Below are positions 24,940 through 34,800 of a stretch of 64,000 bases of DNA, one piece after another. Below the pieces are notes generated by a model, which was given only the letters and a program-made list of their open reading frames with translations, ran no database searches and was not told where the DNA came from. Source of the stretch: Marsupella aquatica (lineage: Eukaryota; Plantae; Marchantiophyta); NCBI GenBank assembly GCA_973895155.1, contig OZ316892.1:19913869-19977868 (forward strand), in the 5' to 3' direction. Position 1 is the stretch's first letter. Every line of letters starts with the position of its first letter. Made by a program: the position numbers and the translations under genes.

Positions 24940-25908
24940 GTGCAGTTTCGGCCAATGACATTGCTAGCAGATACTAGTAGAGCTTCAGATAGTGATTCTG
25001 ACGAGGGCTCTGTAGTCAACTCTCCTCATCATCAGGTAGTTGCACCATTGTTGTGGGATATGGAGGAGACGTATGGGTCCACTAAGGGCCCTAGAAGATA
25101 CTCTGGTGCAGTTGGCACAATTGATTTGGATGATTTCATCCAAGAGTTTGATACGTGGTGTGATATGCAAACGATGCATAACGCCACATTGTTTACACCT
25201 TTCATGGCATGGAAAGGGTTGTTTCAGCATTTGGAGGGTCCACCCATGGATGATTACCATGAGTTTTGGAAGACCCATTTGGCTGATATTGAGATATGGA
25301 GACAACATTGGTCACCAAACTATGTGTCCATCACTTACGGCACAAGTGCGGTTTCTCAACCTGTTGCCCCGGCTGTTGCTTCTTCTAGTAGCACTAGCCA
25401 GAGTGGCACTCCACCAGTATCCACTGTTACTCCTACCAGTGCAATTGTGGGTGGGAGTGGAGTTGTGCCAACATTTAACCCTGTGGTGAAGTTCTTTGAT
25501 GTGTTGAAGCAGAACTACCAGGGTGTGAGAACTGATAAGTTGAAGGGTCTTCAAGATTTTCAGCGCAAGACTGGAGAGAGTCTACGCGAGGCATACACTC
25601 GTATGCGAAGATTAATTACAATCACCAAGGGAGTGACAGAGGCCCAAGCAGTTCAATTTTGGTATGCAATTTTGGATAGAGAGTTGCGGCGTAGAGTAAG
25701 AGACGCCACTCTATTGAGGGATTCAGATCCCACATTGGCTATTGTTTTTGCACTAGCCGAGCGCATTGAGCTCAATATGGTGAATGAGAAGGTGGTGACT
25801 TCCGGATTTGTCAAGGAAGGCTCACCAAAGGTTGCAATCTACACCCACACCGCAACCTACTATAAGGAAGAGCCAGAGGGAGAAGCCTACAACACCGGAA
25901 TCTACTAG
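24940..25908 (+). CDS. gag: Gag (capsid region)
   Basis: RYSG...DLDDFIQEFDTW...LQDFQRKTGESLREAYTRMRRL is a retrotransposon gag signature; continues by frameshift into the zinc-knuckle frame. Confidence 0.8.
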   Translation: MQFRPMTLLADTSRASDSDSDEGSVVNSPHHQVVAPLLWDMEETYGSTKGPRRYSGAVGTIDLDDFIQEFDTWCDMQTMHNATLFTPFMAWKGLFQHLEGPPMDDYHEFWKTHLADIEIWRQHWSPNYVSITYGTSAVSQPVAPAVASSSSTSQSGTPPVSTVTPTSAIVGGSGVVPTFNPVVKFFDVLKQNYQGVRTDKLKGLQDFQRKTGESLREAYTRMRRLITITKGVTEAQAVQFWYAILDRELRRRVRDATLLRDSDPTLAIVFALAERIELNMVNEKVVTSGFVKEGSPKVAIYTHTATYYKEEPEGEAYNTGIY

Positions 25909-28801
25909 TCAGAGACCTGTGCCCTCCTATGCTGGACAGCAGTCAGGATGTTGGACTTGTGGTGGGGATCATGCACAAAGATATTGCCCAGATAATAGAG
26001 GGTCCGGAGGGGCATCTATGCCCGATCAACGATTATGTGATCATTGTGGAGTTTCTGGTCACACCAAAGATAGGTGTTTTGTACTCCATCCTAAACTACG
26101 ACGGGGAGGATCGCGTACATATGATCAGGGAAGAGGAGGTAGAGGTGGTGGTGGTGGACGAGGGATGCCACATGCAGGGAGACAACAAGGTGATGCTCTT
26201 GCCACTACCATAGATCCAAAAGATGCAAAGATTGCTCAATTGGAGCAACAACTAGCTGCCATGGCCAGTTCTCAGGTTAGACCTACTTCTGGTGATGGAG
26301 CTTCTACATCTTATGGAGCTGACGGAGACTTGGCCACCATGGGATTCATGTGTGGCACTGCCCATGTTGATGCATCGGCAGCTTTGACTAGAGGAGCAAC
26401 CAAAGTCCTTGAGCCCCGAGGAGCAATGGTAGAGTTGGATCCTCAAAGGGGGGAGGTTCGTCAACAAACAAAGCTTCCTCAATCGTTTACGTTGTTAGAG
26501 GCAGTTCACACTACCTCTATGAACCCGGTTAAGACAAATCCAAGTGTTGATAAGTCGGTAAAATTGGATGATGTTGCAGCAGGTCTAGCAAGTACCTTGT
26601 TGGGGGCGGCCACTAACATTGTGCGCACCCCGTTATTTTCAGCAACAGATATATTGGCATTGGGAGTTAGTCCAGCTGAAGTGTTCAGATTGGCGGCCAC
26701 ATTATGTGAAGACACTCTAGTTGTTGCTTCTCGTGCAGAGACAATGCATAATTCTGAAGTTGTGGAGTTGATTCCACCTATTGCTAGTGGTGAAACATGG
26801 CAAGCAGCAGCGGCGAGGTTGATGGAGTTACCAGCACGCCCTGCCTTTGAGAGAACTAGGTTTAAACCTAGTGTGGTATCATTGGATAATCGGAGTGGTA
26901 TCTTCCGATTAGTTGGGCCTTTTGGAGCAATATACCAGCCAGAACGAGTGTTATTGGATACTAGTGCTCAACCCTTGATGTTGGGTAAGTCTGCGATACA
27001 AGGATTGGGATTGTGTCCAGATGATTTGGAGGAGTGTCCTTTTCCCATTCAGACTTCATTGGGAGGACCTACACCCAAACAGCATATCACCAGACGAGCA
27101 CTTGAACTTAGGATTCAAGAGGATCATCCAAAGGATAACTCACGGATCCAGGCTCAAGCTATTTTGACTAAAGCTGAGTCGTATGATGTGTTAGTGGGAT
27201 GTACAGTACTTTATCCTATGGGATTTGTTCTTGATTTTTGGGATGAGTCGGTGTCGTATCGACCCGATTGGCAATCTGGAGATGCTCGATTGAGCCAATT
27301 GCCAGTGCGATTTAGTGGACCTGTGGGAGGTCCTAAATCTGCACCATTGTCTTTGGCAGCATTCAGTAGTTTGATTACTGGATCTGATGAGTTGATTGAA
27401 GGTAATGCACATGCAGCAGATGTTCCGGCAATGGAGGAGCCACGTGAGGAACACATGATGGGTGTATTACCTGTTGATACCATTGTGGCACCAGTATGGG
27501 GTACTGGAGAGGCCTTGCAACAAAATGCGACCCAATTGATACATGATGCCTGGTGTCATGCTTTTACACCGGAGTCAGGAGCACAACAGTCTTTTGCAGA
27601 TGGACCGGTGACTCTTTCACCATTGGATACCACTCCTATTGTGTGGCAGTATCCAGAGGAGGGTATTTGTTTGTTGGATTTATTTGGTGGGATTAACATT
27701 GGATTGGCTACTATTCTTCAAGCAGGAATTCCTGTGCGTTGTTACTTGTACGTGGAAAATGATGAGATAACACGGAGGATCTCACTACGTCATGTAGCGA
27801 TGTTGGTGGAACGTTATCCACATTTGTTGCCAGTGGATGCCGTTTGTGGTTATCAGCATGCATTGCCTGCTGATATTTCATTATTGGGGGTGGATTATTT
27901 GGATCGTGTTGGCCCCATTGATTTGGTGATTGCGGGTTGGCCATGTCAGGGTCAATCTCGGGCTGGAATTGGACATGGATTTCATGATCCAAGATCTGCA
28001 TTATTTTGGGAGATGTTACGTGTGTTGCACCATCTCCAGATGCATCAGACACATTCTCCTGCATACATTTTGGAGAATGTCCCATTATTGGGTGATGATC
28101 GTCATCGAATTGTTGCTAGTATTCATCAGGTTCGATCTTGGATTGGACCTGTTGTGTTATTGGATGCTGCACGTGTGGGTTCTCATGCACATCGTCCACG
28201 ATTATGGTGGACTAACTTGTTACCATGTGAGGTCTTAAAGCGAGCATTTGATGGTGTACCTCGCTTAGCAACCTTATTGGTGGATAGTATTTTGGATCCA
28301 GGGCGTCGTGCACAAAGTGTTACCCAATCTGATCGAACCCCATTGGCAGTGGTGAATATTGTTGGGCGTCCGCGTTGTGCATTACCCACTTTTGTGAGCC
28401 ATTCTGCTTCATACGCATTTCGAGCAGGTGGCCCTGGACTTGTGTTGGATACAGCTCTACAACAACTAGTAGAGCCTACCGCTAATGAGAGAGAGCGGGC
28501 TATGGGATTTTTGACTAGCACCACTGCAGTGGCCTCGGTGTCGGAGCATTCACGTTGTCAAGTCCTTGGTCAAGCCATGGATTTGAATTGCTTGACTTGG
28601 ATTATCAGCTTGGGATTAGCTGAACAATTGCAAATGCGCACTTCTAATGTTACAGATCGTCCATTGGTGAGCTTGCGGCCTATCGAGACAGTAGCGGCCA
28701 CAGTTGGGGGCGAGCAAATGATTGATGGACCTATGGCAAGATTGGCCAAGGTAGAACATATTGTTGAGCAGAAGGAGGTTGCTCAAACTATTGATAAATA
28801 G
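25808..28801 (+). CDS. Gag zinc knuckles + aspartic protease + C5-cytosine DNA methyltransferase (DNMT domain ~27660-28620)
   Basis: Knuckles CWTCGGDHAQRYC and CDHCGVSGHTKDRC; protease VLLDTSA. DNMT motifs in canonical order: I LDLFGGI, II YVEND, IV AGWPCQG, VI ILENV, VIII HAHRPRLWWTNL, IX ERERAMGF, X LGQAMD. Confidence 0.92.
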   Translation: MSRKAHQRLQSTPTPQPTIRKSQREKPTTPESTSQRPVPSYAGQQSGCWTCGGDHAQRYCPDNRGSGGASMPDQRLCDHCGVSGHTKDRCFVLHPKLRRGGSRTYDQGRGGRGGGGGRGMPHAGRQQGDALATTIDPKDAKIAQLEQQLAAMASSQVRPTSGDGASTSYGADGDLATMGFMCGTAHVDASAALTRGATKVLEPRGAMVELDPQRGEVRQQTKLPQSFTLLEAVHTTSMNPVKTNPSVDKSVKLDDVAAGLASTLLGAATNIVRTPLFSATDILALGVSPAEVFRLAATLCEDTLVVASRAETMHNSEVVELIPPIASGETWQAAAARLMELPARPAFERTRFKPSVVSLDNRSGIFRLVGPFGAIYQPERVLLDTSAQPLMLGKSAIQGLGLCPDDLEECPFPIQTSLGGPTPKQHITRRALELRIQEDHPKDNSRIQAQAILTKAESYDVLVGCTVLYPMGFVLDFWDESVSYRPDWQSGDARLSQLPVRFSGPVGGPKSAPLSLAAFSSLITGSDELIEGNAHAADVPAMEEPREEHMMGVLPVDTIVAPVWGTGEALQQNATQLIHDAWCHAFTPESGAQQSFADGPVTLSPLDTTPIVWQYPEEGICLLDLFGGINIGLATILQAGIPVRCYLYVENDEITRRISLRHVAMLVERYPHLLPVDAVCGYQHALPADISLLGVDYLDRVGPIDLVIAGWPCQGQSRAGIGHGFHDPRSALFWEMLRVLHHLQMHQTHSPAYILENVPLLGDDRHRIVASIHQVRSWIGPVVLLDAARVGSHAHRPRLWWTNLLPCEVLKRAFDGVPRLATLLVDSILDPGRRAQSVTQSDRTPLAVVNIVGRPRCALPTFVSHSASYAFRAGGPGLVLDTALQQLVEPTANERERAMGFLTSTTAVASVSEHSRCQVLGQAMDLNCLTWIISLGLAEQLQMRTSNVTDRPLVSLRPIETVAATVGGEQMIDGPMARLAKVEHIVEQKEVAQTIDK

Positions 28802-28825
28802 CAACGAGCGACTGACTCTTCCATC

Positions 28826-29005
28826 CATAGCCCACGGCTTGTGGCCTCTTCATCTCCAAAGGAAGACGTCACAGTTTTGATGGAGAGTCACAGCCCACGG
28901 CTTGTGGCCTCTTCAACTCCAACGGAAGATGTCACAACTTTGAAGGAGAGTCACAGCCCGCGGCTTGTGACCTCTTCAACTCCAAAGGAAGATGTCACAG
29001 CTTTG
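28826..29005 (+). repeat. 63-bp in-frame tandem repeat (x3) between DNMT and RT carrying the same CACAGCCCACGGCTTGTGG motif as the 5' UTR array
   Basis: Motif at 28826, 28889 and 28952; encodes SHSPRLVASSxPxEDVT. Confidence 0.9.
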
Positions 29006-31531
29006 ATGGAGAGTTGGGAACCACAGATTGGTCCTAAGTTTACCGGGAGGGAGAGACGTTGCATGCATCAATTCTTGAAGAGTTATTGGAATTGTTTTGC
29101 ATTTAGTATGAAGGATTTGGGGACATTGAAGGGTCCTGGTATTCAGATCGAATTGGCTAGTGATGCGCCAATCTTTCGACGACCGTATCGGTATAGTGAC
29201 ATGGAGAGGGCTTTGATCCAGAGTAGAACTCAGGATTTGTTGGAGGCTGGTTTGGTGGAGATCTCATACGGGGAGTATGCATCTGCCACAGTGATGCCAG
29301 CCAAGAAGGATGTGCATGGCAATTACACAGATAGGCGAATGTGTGGTGATTATCGACCTATTAATCGTCAGACAAAATCTGATTGATATGCCATGCCAAC
29401 ACCGGAGGAGATCTTTGATGTTGTGGGGCATGCAAAGATATTTAGTTCGTTGGACCTCAAGGCGGGGTACCATCAATTGCCAATTAGGCATTCGGATAGA
29501 TCCAAGACAGCATTTTGGGGAATTGATTCTTATGGCAAAGATCATTTGTATCAGTGGTTGTTCTTACCATTTGGGTTGAAGAATGCACCAGCTGAATTCC
29601 AAAGAGTTATGGATCGAATTCTTGCAGGTTTGGATTTTGTGAGATGTTACATTGATGATATTTTGGTCTATTCTTCGACTGTGGAAGAACATCAAAGACA
29701 CTTGCAGATTGTGTTGGAAAGATTGAGAGAACATGGATTGAAACTCCATCCTGGCAAATGTAAATTCTTCCAAGACAAAATTGAGTATTTGGGCCACACT
29801 ATCTACCCAGGAGGATTGGGTGTGCAAGAGACTAAGGTGGAGGCCATTACACAAATTCCTCGTCCTACTGATGTGAGTAGAGTTCGTGCATTCTTGGGAT
29901 TGGCAAGCTATTATAGACGGTATGTGAAAGGATTTAGCCAACTTGCTAAACCTTTAACTATACTCACTAAGTTGGACCAGGAGTGGATTTGGGGTGACGA
30001 CCAAGAGCATGCTTTCCAAGAATTGAAGGAAAGATTGGCGTCAACACCTATTTTGAGAAGACCCGTTTCGGGATGACCATTTCAACTACACACTGATTGG
30101 AGTGGAGTAGGACTTGGAGCAGTGCTGACTCAGAAGGATGATGAGGGGAATGAGTTTGTTGTGGCATATGCCAGTAGATCAAACAATTCAGCAGAGGCTA
30201 AGTATAGCTCGTATGAGGGAGAGTGTTTGGCAGCTGTGTGGGCTGTGGCACATTTCCGTTGCAATTTGTTTGGTAATCCGTTCACCTTGATCACTGATCA
30301 CCAGCCCCTCAAGTGGTTAATGGAGTCTAACAAGCTTACAGGAAAGCTTGCACGATGGGCATTGTTGTTACAAGAGTATGATTTCCAGGTTGTACATAGG
30401 CCTGGTAAAGTGAACTTGGATGCGGATGGGTTGAGCCGTAATCCATGTACCAGTCAAGAGGATGAGACTAGAGCTCGATGGCATGATGAGTCGGATAAGG
30501 AGAGTGTGCCAGGATGGCATGCATCTGCCTTTCTTTGTTGGGTTCCAACATATAGTGGATCTATGGACTCTACTTCATTGGATGGGGTAGACGTTGAGTC
30601 TTCAGATATGGATGTTGATGAGGTAGTTTTTGGGCAGCAAGATATTCATAACGACAAAAGAGTGTTGGAATATTTGCGTGGTGGCTCCATTGTTGGCAAT
30701 TGTGATGCTAAGGAGCGAGATAGGGTTCTACAACGAGCCAAGAGGTTTCGATGGGAAGGAAACCATCTTTTGAGGATACTACGTGATGGCAAGGTGTTGG
30801 TTGTACCAAAACCGTCACAACGAGTACGTTTGGTGCGACATGCGCATGAGGAGTTGGGTCACTTTGGTGTGAAACGCACATATAGCTTGTTGCAGACACA
30901 GTATTGGTGGCGTGGTATGCGCACTGAGGTCCAACAATTGATTGCTAAGTGTGTGGTATGTGATCAAGTGCGAGCATCGTTCAATGCTCCCACTCCCCAA
31001 TTGCATCCGCTATCGATAATGGGTTTGGGATATCGATGGAGTTTGGACTTTGCTGGTCCATTACCTCTTACCCAACGTCATAATCGATATATTTTGGTTA
31101 TGGTGGAGCACTTCTCTAAGTGGATTGAACTAGTGGCATTGCCAGATAAAGCTAGTGGAGGAGTGGCTATCACATTTTTGGATCGAGTACTCAGTCATTT
31201 TGGAGCACCAGCTGAGGTGTTGACTGATCAGGGTACGGAATTTCGTGGAGAGTTTGAGGGTTTGTGTGAGAAAGCTCTTATTGATCATCGTACTACTTCT
31301 CGTGATCATCCTGAGGCAGATGGATTGGCAGAGAGAGTTGTACAAACCGTGAAGAGAGGATTGCGTAAGTATGGCTTGCAGGTTGGTCATTTGGGAGATT
31401 GGGATCTCCAGCTACCTTGGTTAGCTATGGGCTACCGTTTTAGTCGACAAGCATCACTTGCATCCTTCTCACCTTATTTCTTGCTCTATGGTAGAGAGCC
31501 AGATTTGCCAGCGCTCGGCTATTCGTCGTGA
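28841..31531 (+). pseudogene. pol: Pol: reverse transcriptase, RNase H, DDE integrase (in-frame stops)
   Basis: RMCGDYRPIN, SLDLKAGYHQ, LPFGLKNAP, YIDDILV; RNase H YASRS...TDHQPL; HHCC and integrase core SLDFAGP/TDQGTEF/GLAERVVQ. TGA stops at 29384 and 30074. Confidence 0.95.
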
Positions 31532-31612
31532 TGTGGCAATTGTTGTGGATTTGGACGATCCCGATGTTTGGGTCAAGGTGTGTTAAGAAGGGCATGAGTT
31601 TTTGAGAGAGTC

Positions 31613-32086
31613 ATGCCCATGGCCTTTGACAACCTTGCCATTGCCCAACATCGTGATACTTTGAGGTATGCCACTATTCGTGGAGGAGGTTATCGTGCGA
31701 GGATTCGACGGTTTCATCCTGGTGATTTTGTTTATTTGCAGCAAACAACACCCACGACACTTGATGTGACCGCAGGTTGGACAATCTTACGTGTGCGTGA
31801 AGTGTTATCTTCTGGTGTCCTAATGTTGGAAGGACGTGATGGTATGGTTTGGAAGGATCATGTGCGCAATTGTGCACCATGTCATCTTTCAAACATTGAC
31901 GGTACTGTAGATCCAAGTTTGGCTCATGTTCGTGCCGGTTTGAAGTGTATGTTGTGTGGATCTGCTCAAGGAGCAGCCACTATGTTGATTTGTGATAAGT
32001 GTTCTAGAGGATGGCACATGTCGTGTTTAACACCACCATTAGAGGTGATTCCTAGTGGATCATGGTTGTGTCCTCAATGTCGGTGA
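31613..32086 (+). CDS. Integrase C-terminal region ending in a PHD finger
   Basis: CMLC...MLICDKCSRGWHMSCLTPPLEVIPSGSWLCPQC is a C4HC3 PHD. Confidence 0.9.
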   Translation: MPMAFDNLAIAQHRDTLRYATIRGGGYRARIRRFHPGDFVYLQQTTPTTLDVTAGWTILRVREVLSSGVLMLEGRDGMVWKDHVRNCAPCHLSNIDGTVDPSLAHVRAGLKCMLCGSAQGAATMLICDKCSRGWHMSCLTPPLEVIPSGSWLCPQCR

Positions 32087-32260
32087 AGCCGACTAGTTAC
32101 CATTGGTATTCTCATGGAAGGTATAGATTGCAGGAAGGTGATCGATGGGGCTCACTTGCACCCGGCCTCCTGATCTCCACACTTAAAAAGGTGTATATCA
32201 ACCTTGTAGAACTTATGGCTAGCTAGAGTTAGGGGACCTCACTCCCAGCTAGGGGGGCGA

Positions 32261-32865
32261 TTGTGAGTTTTGGACATGTGTGGATAGGAGTTCCACTTGC
32301 ACTCCATTCTCTTATGTTTGTAATGTTGATTGTGACTATGCTTAGATATGTGTGACAAGCGATGTATGTTGTGTAGCGATGTTTATGCGCACGACAGCTG
32401 TCACACCATTATGAGTGGTAGTATAGGATATCGGACTATGTAGGTTTGAGGCTTTCATATGTGTGTTATCTAAGTGGTTTAGGGTTAGTGTATGTTTGTG
32501 AGGGATAGTTATATATCTCTTTGTGTTGGCTCAAAGGTCTCATCTTTTGATGTTGAGCCTTTCGAGCACAAACTCTAGCGGCTATGGTGTGGCTGTCTAG
32601 GTTGTGTGTACGTAACGTGGATTCCTTGAGGCGCAAGGTGCGTTTGGCTTGACATATGTGTGTGATCGCGTCAGACAAGATTGTGTGTTTGATTGGCATC
32701 AATCGTTGTTCGATTATTCTTGAAGATTATTGTGAGTTTTGGACATGTGTGGATAGGAGTTCCACTTGTACTCCATTCTCTTATGTTTGTAATGTTGATT
32801 GTGACTATGCTTAGATATGTGTGACAAGCGATGTATGTTGTGTAGCGATGTTTATGCGCACGACA
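32261..32865 (+). repeat. 3' terminal repeat block B1-gc-A2-B2
   Basis: PPT AGGGGGGCG at 32251. B1 32261-32396, GC, A2 32399-32729, B2 32730-32865. B1 and B2 differ by one substitution noticed. Confidence 0.95.
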
Positions 32866-33201
32866 TGCAATTTTATGTAGTCAGGAGAGAAATCAGTGAG
32901 TTATGAGACTTAGTTTATGTCTATACTAAGACCATAGTCCTTTCTAAAGGAGTGGCAATAGTAGACTATAGTTTTCAAACCTCAAATTGTTTCCTCTCTC
33001 ATCCGTTAAATAGAAGTTCATTTACTTTGGTGTTTTGTTTATTTGATTTTTTATTGAGAAGTAAGAAAAGTATGAGCTGAGAGCTCTAGATCACTCAGAG
33101 TGATAAATTCATTCAATCCATTCCTATTTTGTTCTTAAAGGGATCGAAACTCGAGTCTTTAAGTGAAAAGATTAACTTTTGGTTCTTCCATCTATACGAC
33201 A

Positions 33202-33947
33202 GTGTTCCTTTGGCAAGGCATTTTAATATTTCTGTAGCATTTTGTCCATCAAATGCGACAGAAAAAAGTTTGATGTCCAAAGTTCCTTATGAAAGTGTTG
33301 TGGGTAGTTTAATATATCTCATGGTATGTACCCGACTAGACATAGCTTATGCTGTTAGCAAGGTAAGCAGATACATGGAAAATCCAAGAAAAGTTTATTG
33401 GAAAGCAGTGAAATGGATTTTGCGCTACATCAAAGGTTCCACTGAGAAGGGTTTATTGTTTGATGCAAACTCAAACAATATGAAAATGCTTCAAGGTTAT
33501 GTGGATGCAGACTATGCAGGTGATCTGGATAGGAGGAGATCAACAACTGGATATGTATTTACACTTGCTGGTGGATGCATTCGTTTGAAGTCTACTCTTC
33601 AAAAGTGTGTTGCAAAGTCTACTATGGATGCCGAGTATGTAGCGGCAATAGAAGCAGCATTAGAGACTATTTGGTTGAAAAAGCTTGTTAGTGAGATGGG
33701 TTTATCATAAGATTGTGTGTATCTTCATTGTGACAATCAAAGTGCAATTTACACTGCCAAGAATCAGGTGATGGATGGCAGGGTAAAGCACATTGATGTT
33801 CGCTATCATTTCATCCGACAGACATTGTCAGATGATGAATTTGAGCTTGTCAAGATTGATGGAAAGCTTAATCCAACGGATGCTTTTACCAAAGTATTAG
33901 ACTCCAATAGTTTTTCAAGGCATTTTAATTATTTACAAATATTGTAA
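33202..33947 (+). pseudogene. Ty1/Copia RT C-terminus and RNase H fragment
   Basis: VPYESVVGSLIYLMVCTRLDIAYAVS...GYVDADYAGDLDRRRSTTGYVF...LHCDNQSAI...KHIDVRYHFIR. Confidence 0.92.
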
Positions 33948-34379
33948 ATATAGAGTTAACCAAGAAAATGTCTCTATATGAATACTCCATCCAATGGTTT
34001 ATCGAATAGGGGTAGTTCTAGTTAACCCTTGAATTAGGGGGAGGGCCTTTTGGCCCTACTGTCTTGAACTTCCCGCAGAGGAACTTGTAAGGAAAGTAAA
34101 GCTCGGGGGCCTCACTCTAAAAGGGGTCCCATAACACGCTCGACGTTTTTAGCTATTAAACACCCTAAAAAATAAAAAATAAAAAAGTTTTTTTGAACTA
34201 TTTTTTTACCCCTATCTTTTTGGAATATTCTAAAAATATTCCCAAAAATCATTTCTAAAACCCTATCTTCTCTTATAATTCTCAAAATTGGATTTAAAAA
34301 ACCCTAATGTTCTTCTATAGAAATTTAAAAGTATTCTTCTCAACCCAATAAACAAACCCTAGGTATACTTAGTTTCGCG

Positions 34380-34800
34380 TGATGGGTAGAAAGGAAATAA
34401 GTGAGGACCCCAGGAGGAAAAGACAATGTTATTAACCCTCACAAGACGTGAGTCAGGGGAGAGTTTGTAGAGGTTAACTCAGTCTTGGGTTGAACTATGG
34501 TGGTTAGTATGCTAACTAGGGTTTACTCTAACCCTAGTTGAAGAGATTGGTCCTTATCTCTCCAAGTTCTATGTGGTGTGAGAACACACACAAGAGATTT
34601 CTCAAGAGAGAACACATAGCATAGCAGCAGGAAATGAGAGCTAAAAGAGATGAGAGCTATGGTGATGCTTGAGTAGACACATAACCGTTAATAAAGCTTG
34701 GTCTTCCCGTGGACATAGCCAACCTTGAGGCGAACCACGTAACTATTGAGCACATGTATGTTTGGAGTATTTTTCCTGATCTGATTTCTCCCCACATTCT
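34380..34800 (+). repeat. Probable Copia-type LTR remnant
   Basis: Contains CCCGTGGACATAGCC...GAACCACGTAA, resembling a motif common in the 3' part of plant Copia LTRs; boundaries uncertain. Confidence 0.3.

Larger units (their letters stand above)
23447..32865 (+). mobile_element. Ty3/Gypsy retrotransposon encoding a C5 DNA methyltransferase and a PHD finger, with split terminal repeats
   Basis: TG...CA ends flanked by TGCA (23443-23446 and 32866-32869); domain order gag-ZnK-PR-DNMT-RT-RH-IN-PHD. Confidence 0.92.
6345..33201 (+). mobile_element. 5'-truncated non-chromovirus Ty3/Gypsy element (Phygy/Tat-like) with extra ORFs; host of two nested insertions
   Basis: Integrase C-terminus at 6345-6582, extra ORF split by the TIR element, PPT-like AAGTGGAGGGC at ~22528-22538, then an LTR-like stretch from TGTGG (22541) to ...CGACA (33201) abutting Copia coding sequence. 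Confidence 0.6.
22541..33201 (+). repeat. Putative 3' LTR of the host Gypsy (22541-23446 plus 32870-33201), interrupted by the DNMT retrotransposon
   Basis: Starts with TG just after the PPT-like tract and ends in CA at the Copia boundary; no 5' LTR is in the window to confirm it. Confidence 0.45.

Noticed and set aside
27660-28620. Host DRM/DNMT3 gene
   Set aside because: Intronless, in frame within gag-pol, canonical motif order (not permuted as in DRM), and no UBA domains.
23447-32865. DIRS/Ngaro tyrosine-recombinase retroelement, suggested by split repeats and a methyltransferase
   Set aside because: It encodes a protease and a DDE integrase, has a TSD, shows no recognisable tyrosine recombinase, and its MTase is C5-type rather than Dam-like.
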